From NCBI GenBank assembly GCA_965228735.1, contig OZ245838.1, positions 6,752,001 through 6,816,000 on the forward strand: a DNA stretch of 64,000 nt, written 5' to 3'. Of the stretch, positions 57,515 to 64,000 are shown in pieces (the stretch's first letter is position 1; each line of letters starts with the position of its first letter). The notes beneath the pieces are model-generated. The model ran no database searches and was not told the DNA's origin. It saw nothing but the letters and a program-made list of their open reading frames with translations. This DNA is from Planctomycetota bacterium (GTDB taxonomy: Bacteria > Planctomycetota > UBA1135 > UBA2386). Made by a program: the position numbers and the translations under genes.

Positions 57515-59841
57515 CCAGTCGCCATGACAGCGGTGGTGCTGGCAGCCGTGACCGCGCCCCCGACGAACGGCTCGCCGCCTACGTCGACGACGCGATGACG
57601 GAGCGCGAGCGGGCGCGATTCGAGGGCGAACTGCGCGTCAATCCGCAACTCAAGGCCGACCTCGAGGACTACGAGCGGACGGTGCGGAGCGTGCGTTCGG
57701 CGCTCCAGGCGGAGACGGCCAAGGTCGACCTCGCGGATCGCATCTTCGACGCGATCGACCGCGAGCCGGCCGCGCCCGTGGCGTTGGCGAACGAGAACCA
57801 GCGCGGGTATCGCCTGTTCGTCAGCATGGCGGCGGCCGCGGCGCTGCTCGTGCTCGCGGTATGGGTCAACTCGCTGCCGATGGACCTCGCGCCGGAGTCC
57901 GCGATGGTCGCGCAGGGTGACGCGGCGGAGCCGGCGACCGAGTCGGCGGCCGGACGGAACAAGGACGTGGGCCTGCTGCTCGACGAGGATGCGCCCGGCG
58001 ACCTGTCGCTGGCGCCGGGCGAGTCTTCGCGTGCGCCGACGAAGACCGAGTTCGACCTGCAAGAGTCCGAGGCCGAAGAGGGCGGCGAAGAGCCGCGCAA
58101 CGCCGAACGGCGCTTCGACGAAGAGCAGTGGTCGACGGCGGTCGGGCTCGGTGGTGGGGCCGGCGGCGTCGACAAGAAGGGCAGCGAGTCGCCGCGGGGG
58201 CAGCCGCGCCTGTTCCGGCTCGGGACGGGTGACGAGACGCGCGCGGCCGAGGGGCGCAAGGAGCTGCAGCAGGCGCGCGAGCTCGAGGCGAACGAACCCG
58301 CGGCGGCCGCCGATCCGAGCGCGCCCGTTCCGGATGCCGGGGTCAGCAACCTCGGAGCGGATCCGCAGGCGAAGCCGAAGCGGGCTGGCGAGAAGTCGGC
58401 CGATCCGGGCATGGTGGCGCAGTACGCATCGCCCAACGCCAAGAACGTGCCGGCCGAAGGCGCCGACGGCGCTCCGGTGGATCGGGCGCGGGCGCCGGGC
58501 GCGGAGTCGGAGTCTGGTGAACCGAAGTCCGGTGAAGTGGCGTTGGCCGAGCGCAAACGAGCGTCGGCGCAAGCGCTTCGTGACGCGGGCGAGCGCACCG
58601 ACCTGCCGCAGCCGAACCAGCAGCAGGTGAACCCGGAGCAGGTGAACCCGGAACAGGTGGATCCGGAGCAGCTGCGGCGGGCGCAGTCCACCAAGCCGGC
58701 GCCAGCTCGCCGGGCGGAGGTCGTTCGGGAAACGTTGGACGAAACGACGACGCAACTCGAGGGCCGCAACCGCAGCCTCGACGGCAAGGCCGGTGATGGC
58801 GCGACCGGCAACCCGGCGTCGCCGACGGGTAGCGCCGCCGGTAGCGAGCTCGCGGACGATGGCGGGCGCGATCCGGCGACCGGCTCGGACGACTTCTTCC
58901 TCGGGAGCCGGCGGGATCGCGCGTTGCCGCGGCCTGAGCTCGCGACGTTGCCGTTCCTGCAGGTGACTCGCACGGTGCGCGCTGCTGCCGAACAGGCGCG
59001 CCCGGAGGCGGCCGGCGAAGCCGTCGTCGACCCAACCGAGAAGCGTGGCGGCAAGAAGCGTGGCGCCGAGAAGCGTGGCGGCAAGTCGTCGAGCGGCGAC
59101 GTCGCGAAGCGGGCCGACGACGAGAACAACCCAAGGCGGGCTCGGCGCGTCGTCGGACCGGGCGGCACGCCGCCGCCGGGAGCTGGTACGGGCGGTCCCG
59201 GAGCCGGTGGTCCGGGCGCTGGGCGAGCGGCTGGGCCGGCTACCCCTGGGCCGGCCGGCCCCGCGACGGGTGGCCCGTCCACGCCCGGTCCGGCAGCGCC
59301 GGCTCCGGCCGCGCCGAGCGGTCCGCCGACGACTCGATTCGGAGCGCGGGGCGGCGCGGTTGGCGCGCGCCTCGAAGCGCTGTCGCTGTTCTTCGACCGC
59401 GAGTTCCCGCGCGCGAGCGCGACGATGGGCGAGCCGGCGGTCGAGCTGCCCGTGGCGCGGTTCCGAGACCTGCAGTTCGAGGACATCACGACCGCGGTGA
59501 TGGCGACCGAGCGGCTGGCGCGGCAGCGTGCGGGCAACGAGGGTCGGGCTCAGCCGGCCGGAACGAGCGAGCGCTACTGGCTCGTCGCGGGGCCGACCCG
59601 CAGCGTGCGACGACTCATGCAGGACGTCGCCAAGGCGGCGCAGCAGACCGACGCGTTGCTCGGCACCGGTGAAGTGGCCGTGCCGCTGCCGGCCAGGAAG
59701 GTCGCGGACGGTGAGAACGACAGCGGCAAGGATCGCGATGCGACCGGCGTCGTCGGCGGTTTCATCGGCGAGGCCGCGAAGGGCGACGCGGACCGGATGC
59801 AGCTCGTGCTGCGTTTCCGGGTCGTGACCGTGCCGAAGTAG
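57511..59841 (+). CDS. Putative anti-sigma factor with a very long low-complexity extracytoplasmic region
   Basis: GTG start overlaps the sigma stop (GTGA); ERLAAYVDDAMTERERARFE anti-sigma-type N-terminus; TM MAAAAALLVLAVWV. Confidence 0.78.
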   Translation: MTSRHDSGGAGSRDRAPDERLAAYVDDAMTERERARFEGELRVNPQLKADLEDYERTVRSVRSALQAETAKVDLADRIFDAIDREPAAPVALANENQRGYRLFVSMAAAAALLVLAVWVNSLPMDLAPESAMVAQGDAAEPATESAAGRNKDVGLLLDEDAPGDLSLAPGESSRAPTKTEFDLQESEAEEGGEEPRNAERRFDEEQWSTAVGLGGGAGGVDKKGSESPRGQPRLFRLGTGDETRAAEGRKELQQARELEANEPAAAADPSAPVPDAGVSNLGADPQAKPKRAGEKSADPGMVAQYASPNAKNVPAEGADGAPVDRARAPGAESESGEPKSGEVALAERKRASAQALRDAGERTDLPQPNQQQVNPEQVNPEQVDPEQLRRAQSTKPAPARRAEVVRETLDETTTQLEGRNRSLDGKAGDGATGNPASPTGSAAGSELADDGGRDPATGSDDFFLGSRRDRALPRPELATLPFLQVTRTVRAAAEQARPEAAGEAVVDPTEKRGGKKRGAEKRGGKSSSGDVAKRADDENNPRRARRVVGPGGTPPPGAGTGGPGAGGPGAGRAAGPATPGPAGPATGGPSTPGPAAPAPAAPSGPPTTRFGARGGAVGARLEALSLFFDREFPRASATMGEPAVELPVARFRDLQFEDITTAVMATERLARQRAGNEGRAQPAGTSERYWLVAGPTRSVRRLMQDVAKAAQQTDALLGTGEVAVPLPARKVADGENDSGKDRDATGVVGGFIGEAAKGDADRMQLVLRFRVVTVPK

Positions 59842-59882
59842 CGGCGCGGGTATCGCGCGCGCGATTCGGGTAGAAATCGTTC

Positions 59883-61187
59883 TTGCCCACGAGCAACGAG
59901 TCCGCCGCGCGCCCGCCCGAACAGGATTGGCGGCAGAACTTCCACGCCGTCTGGCCCGCGCTCTTCGCGACCTCGATGGGGCTCATGGCGGTGCTGCCGA
60001 TGCTGCCGCTCTACATCGAGGAGCGGTTCGGCATCACGGATCCCGAGGAGCTGACGTTCTGGGCCGGCGCGATCTACGGCGTCGCACCGCTCACGGCCGC
60101 GATCCTCGGGCCGCTCTGGGGCGCGCTCGGCGATCGCGTCGGCAAGAAGCCGATGGCGATCCGCGCCAACCTCGCGATTGCCGCGACGACGGCGCTCATG
60201 CCGCTCGCGGAGACGCCGATCTGGCTGCTGCTCGCGCGTGTCCTGCAGGGCGCCTTCGCCGGCTACGTCGCGCCGTCGATGGCGCTCGTCTCGCAGCGCG
60301 CGCCGCGGCACCTGCACGGCACGGTGATCGCGCGGCTGCAGGTCGCGATGGCGGCGGGCACGTTCCTCGGGCCGTTCCTCGGCGCGGAGCTCGCGTTCTA
60401 CTTCGGGCGCGCCTCGATCTTCTGGATGACGAGCCTGTTCACCGCGATCGCCGGGGTGCAGCTGTGGTTGCGCGCGCACGACAGCGGACCGAGCAGGCCG
60501 CCCGAGGACTCGTTCGTGCGCGGGCTCACGACGTCGGTCGGCGCGTTGCTGCGCAACAAGGTGTTCACCTACCTGCTGCTGCTCGTGCTGCTGCTGCGGC
60601 TCGGGCAGAACATGCTCGAACCCTACGTCTCGCTGCTGATCCGCAAGCTCGGCGCGCCCGACTGGATCCTGCCGCTGAGCGAGACGCCGGCGCACGCGGT
60701 CGATCGCACGATCGGCGTCGCGTTCGGCCTGCTCGCCGTTTCGCAGCTGTTGTTCACGCCGCTCTGGGGGCGGGGTGCGGATCGCTACGGGCCGCTGCGC
60801 TGCCTCTATTTCCTCGCGCTGTTCCTCGGCAGCGTGCTCCTGGCTACGGCCTTCGTGTCCACGACGAACGAGTTCCTGCTGCTGCGCTTCGGCGCCGCCG
60901 CGACGATGGCGGGCTCGATGACGCTCGCGTATGCCGCCGTGAGCAAGCGCGTGCTCGAGAAGCGCCGCGCGCTCGCGTTCTCGCTCGTGCAGAGCTGCAT
61001 GCAGCTCGGGTTCGCGCTCGGGCCGCAGCTCGGCGGCATGGTCGCGATCGCGGGCGCGGGAACGGAGCCGAACTACCGGCGCGCGTTCCTCGTCGCGGCC
61101 GGACTGTGCTTCGTCGCCGCGGTCGGCATGTTCTTCCTGCGGCGGCTCCCGCCGACCCCGGTCGACGACGACGTCGATGCCGACTAA
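59883..61187 (+). CDS. MFS transporter (DHA1/MdtG-like)
   Basis: PLWGALGDRVGKK and PLWGRGADRYG motif A; ARVLQGAFAG; about 12 hydrophobic segments. Confidence 0.9.
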   Translation: MPTSNESAARPPEQDWRQNFHAVWPALFATSMGLMAVLPMLPLYIEERFGITDPEELTFWAGAIYGVAPLTAAILGPLWGALGDRVGKKPMAIRANLAIAATTALMPLAETPIWLLLARVLQGAFAGYVAPSMALVSQRAPRHLHGTVIARLQVAMAAGTFLGPFLGAELAFYFGRASIFWMTSLFTAIAGVQLWLRAHDSGPSRPPEDSFVRGLTTSVGALLRNKVFTYLLLLVLLLRLGQNMLEPYVSLLIRKLGAPDWILPLSETPAHAVDRTIGVAFGLLAVSQLLFTPLWGRGADRYGPLRCLYFLALFLGSVLLATAFVSTTNEFLLLRFGAAATMAGSMTLAYAAVSKRVLEKRRALAFSLVQSCMQLGFALGPQLGGMVAIAGAGTEPNYRRAFLVAAGLCFVAAVGMFFLRRLPPTPVDDDVDAD

Positions 61188-61198
61188 CGTCTCCGGCG

Positions 61199-61927
61199 AT
61201 GTGTCTGCTGCTCGTGCTGCGTGACTACTTCCCCGAGCATCCGCTCGTGATCGGCGGCAACCGCGACGAGAGCACGACGCGCAAGGCCGCGCCGCCGGGG
61301 CTGTTCGACGGCGAGCAGCGTCGCATCCTGTCGCCGCGCGATCGCGTCGCGGGCGGCACGTGGCTCGCGATCAACGACCGCGGTGAGTTCGCGGGCATCA
61401 CCAATCGCAAGGGCACGGCGACCCTGCCGGAAGCGCCGTCGCGCGGCCACCTGCCGCACCTCGCGCTCGATCGCGAATCGCTCGCGGCCGGCATCGAGGC
61501 CGTGGAGGAGCGTGTTGCTGCAACGCCACACTCCGGCTTCCAGCTCGTCGTCGCCGATCGCGAGCGCCTCGTCGTTCTGCAGAACGGCGAGGCCGGCCTC
61601 GTGCGAACGGAGTGGACCGAGCCCGTCCTGCTGATCACGAACGAGCACGGCCCGGGCGAACTGACCCCACGACGGCTCGCGGATGCGATCCGCCCCGAGC
61701 CGGTCGTCGACCGCCAGCTCGATGCCCTCGTCCCGCTGCTGAGTGACCGCGGCGGCGCGGGCGAGCACGAGATCAGCAAGCACGGCGAACGTTACGCCAC
61801 CGTATCAAGTTCGCTGATCGCGGTGCCGGCCACGGATCCCACCGACCTCCGCTGGCGCTACGCGGCGGGACCGCCCGATGTCACGCGGTATCGCAACTAC
61901 GGCAACCTCGGCACCCGCCTGAAGTGA
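61199..61927 (+). CDS. NRDE/TANGO2 family protein
   Basis: MCLL start, GGNRDE, RDRVAGGTWLAIN..G.FAGITN, SRGHL, YATVSSS. Confidence 0.9.
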   Translation: MCLLLVLRDYFPEHPLVIGGNRDESTTRKAAPPGLFDGEQRRILSPRDRVAGGTWLAINDRGEFAGITNRKGTATLPEAPSRGHLPHLALDRESLAAGIEAVEERVAATPHSGFQLVVADRERLVVLQNGEAGLVRTEWTEPVLLITNEHGPGELTPRRLADAIRPEPVVDRQLDALVPLLSDRGGAGEHEISKHGERYATVSSSLIAVPATDPTDLRWRYAAGPPDVTRYRNYGNLGTRLK

Positions 61928-61957
61928 ACAGCTGGCGGTACCGCCAGCTGTTCACTT
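61922..61957. repeat. Perfect 36-bp palindrome joining two convergent genes
   Basis: aagtgaacagctggcggt|accgccagctgttcactt; it contains both stop codons. Confidence 0.92.
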
Positions 61958-63547
61958 GGCCAGCTCGGTGAGGTTGGCCTGGGCGTCGGACTTGGCCTTC
62001 GTCGCGAGTTCGCGCGCGGTGGCCGTGGCGCTGCTGTCGGCGAGGACCTTGTCGGCGAGTTCGATCGCGCGATGGTAGAGCTGCCTGGCTTCCGCGAGGT
62101 TGACCTCGTTCGGCAGGTGGTAGTGCAGGATCACGCCGAGGTCGTTCGTGAGCTGGGGTGACGTCGGTTCGATGTCGAGCGCGCGGCGGTAGGCGTCGAG
62201 CGCGCCGGCGAAGTCCTTGGTCTCGCGGCAGAGGAACGCGCGGTTGTTCCACGCGTCCGCCGTGTTGTAGAGCAGCGCGATCACGTGGTTGAGGTCGCGG
62301 CTGTGCTCGATCTTGCCGCGCTGGTAGGCGCGGTCCGCGAGGAAGCGCACGATCGCGGCGATGCGGCCGCGCATCTCGGCAGAGAGGCCTTTCACGACGC
62401 CGGCGAAGGCGACGGCCGAACTCGACGCGTAGCTCGCGGCGTGCGCCTCGGCCGCGTCGTGGTCCTCGAGCTCGTAGGCCGCGAGCGCGGCGTAGTAGTG
62501 CGCGTTCACGTACTCGGGGTTGAGGCTCAACACGCCTTCGAACGCGGTGCGCGCGGCCTGCCAGTCCTGCCCCTCGAAGATCGCGATGCCCTCGTAGAAC
62601 TGCAGCGTCGCGGCCTTCTGCGGGGAACTGCCCGCACGGGCCGAATACCGCTCCCGAACGCGCCGATAGGTGTCGCGCCGCTGCTGCCACGACAGGCCCT
62701 GCTGGATCGCCTGGTGGTCGACGAAGCCGTCATTCGGGTCGATCGCGAGGGCGGCGAGCCAGTGACGACGCGCGTCGGCCGTGCGCTTCTCCAGCTCGGC
62801 GATGCGCGCGAGCATCACGTGCGGATGGGCCCGGGTCGGATCGAGCTCGGCCGCCTTCTCGTAGGCGGATGTCGCGCCGACGCGTTCGCGCGCGATCTCG
62901 CCGAGCAGGTCGGCCTCGGCCTGACCCTGCAGCGTGCCCTTGCCGTGCAGCTCGAGCAGTCGCCGCAGGCGATCCATCGCGATGCGACCGAGCAGGATGT
63001 GCGCGCCGGCTCGGTCCGGGTGCCGCCGCACCGCGATCTCGGCCTGCCGCACCGCGGCCTCCCAGTCACCGAGCAGGTAGCGCGCCTGCGCCAGGATGAG
63101 CCGGCTGTCCTCGTGATCGGGCGCGATCGCGAGCACCTGCTCCGCGATCTTCGCGGCCTCGGCGTAGTCGGACAGCGGATCGATCGCGCCGCGGTCGCGC
63201 TCGCCCTTGAGCAGGTAGGTGCGCGCGAGCATCGCCGGCACCTCGACCGCGTCGGGGAACGTCGACTGCCCCTGGTCGAGCAGGTTGATCGCGTCGGCGT
63301 AGTTGCCGCTGCGCCCGAGGCACCGCCCGGCGTTCACGATCCACTCGGCGTTGTGCGGCTGGCGCTCGACGAGCTGCAGGAACGCCTCGGCTGCTGCGGC
63401 GAAGTCACCGCGGTTCTCGGCGCCGAACGCCTGTTCCCGCAGGGTCGCCGGCGTGGGGTCCTGGGCGACCGCCGGCGCCGCCAGCGCCAGCGCCGCGAAT
63501 GCGAGCAGCGCCGCGGCGGTTCTGGCGGCGGTAGGGGTGGTTCTCAT
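61952..63547 (-). CDS. Exported TPR-repeat protein
   Basis: Signal peptide ending APAVAQ; TPRs AYEKAAELDP, FEGVLSLNP, DAWNNRAFL, YRRALDIEP. Confidence 0.87.
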   Translation of the reverse strand: MRTTPTAARTAAALLAFAALALAAPAVAQDPTPATLREQAFGAENRGDFAAAAEAFLQLVERQPHNAEWIVNAGRCLGRSGNYADAINLLDQGQSTFPDAVEVPAMLARTYLLKGERDRGAIDPLSDYAEAAKIAEQVLAIAPDHEDSRLILAQARYLLGDWEAAVRQAEIAVRRHPDRAGAHILLGRIAMDRLRRLLELHGKGTLQGQAEADLLGEIARERVGATSAYEKAAELDPTRAHPHVMLARIAELEKRTADARRHWLAALAIDPNDGFVDHQAIQQGLSWQQRRDTYRRVRERYSARAGSSPQKAATLQFYEGIAIFEGQDWQAARTAFEGVLSLNPEYVNAHYYAALAAYELEDHDAAEAHAASYASSSAVAFAGVVKGLSAEMRGRIAAIVRFLADRAYQRGKIEHSRDLNHVIALLYNTADAWNNRAFLCRETKDFAGALDAYRRALDIEPTSPQLTNDLGVILHYHLPNEVNLAEARQLYHRAIELADKVLADSSATATARELATKAKSDAQANLTELAK

Positions 63548-63549
63548 GC

Positions 63550-64000
63550 CTACTGGCCTTGCAACAACTGTTCCGCAGCCCGCAGGTGTCGCCGGGCGCC
63601 GGGTCGACGGGCGCCCGGGTAATGGCTCATGCTCTGCTCGGCCGCGGCCTTGGCCGCCTTGGCGTCCTTGCTGCGCTTCAGGTGCCACAGCGCGAGGTTC
63701 TCGTAGCAGTCGCCGATCGCCTCGTCGAGGTTCTGACGTTCGTTGCGATCCTCGGGCGGGTCGTCCGCCATCTGCGCCTTGCCGTCGGCGATGGCCGACT
63801 CGAGCAGGGCCTTCATCTCGTCCCAGTCGCGCTCGAGGTGGTAGATCGCGATCAGCGCGCAGTCGTTGCGCAGCCGCACGTTCGTCGGGTCGAGCTGCTG
63901 CGCGCGGCGGTACGCCTTGTAGCTCTGCTCGTACATCTCCTGCGCTTCCTTCAGCTTGCCCTGGCGCTCGAGCTGGTTGCCGTAGTCGCGCGCGAACAGG
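63550..64000 (-). CDS. TPR-repeat protein (5' end outside the window)
   Basis: The frame stays open to the window edge; AYRRAQQLDPTNVRLRND; the stop lies 2 nt before the next start. Resembles the C-terminus of the downstream TPR gene. Confidence 0.8.
   Translation of the reverse strand, partial: LFARDYGNQLERQGKLKEAQEMYEQSYKAYRRAQQLDPTNVRLRNDCALIAIYHLERDWDEMKALLESAIADGKAQMADDPPEDRNERQNLDEAIGDCYENLALWHLKRSKDAKAAKAAAEQSMSHYPGARRPGARRHLRAAEQLLQGQ

Overview
High-GC bacterial window, most likely from the PVC superphylum and probably Planctomycetota. The evidence is a PVC-signature small basic protein at 42113-42319, planctomycete-style secretins and many secreted beta-propeller proteins. About 48 credible CDS are present; most long ORFs in the track are antisense or off-frame shadows. 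Housekeeping and metabolic genes include ychJ, apaG, araB, hutH, hutU, a family-4 uracil-DNA glycosylase, an aminotransferase, queE, a divergent pnp, feoAB, an ECF sigma/anti-sigma pair, an MFS transporter and an NRDE protein. Four things stand out. (1) A 15-kb minus-strand locus has two paralogous lipoprotein secretins bracketing two TPR proteins and an ExbB/ExbD/ExbD proton-motor set, with no secretion ATPase, pilin or TonB in view. (2) A roughly 130-aa module recurs in seven unrelated secreted proteins and looks like a lineage-specific sorting or anchoring domain. (3) A three-gene operon encodes a BY-kinase-like P-loop protein, a coiled-coil protein and a MamK-like actin, with no magnetosome genes in the window. 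(4) A REP-like repeat family includes a perfect 60-bp inverted repeat, and a related 36-bp palindrome supplies the stop codons of two convergent genes. No rRNA, tRNA, CRISPR array or transposase was recognised. All family assignments come from reading motifs by eye; no database searches were run.
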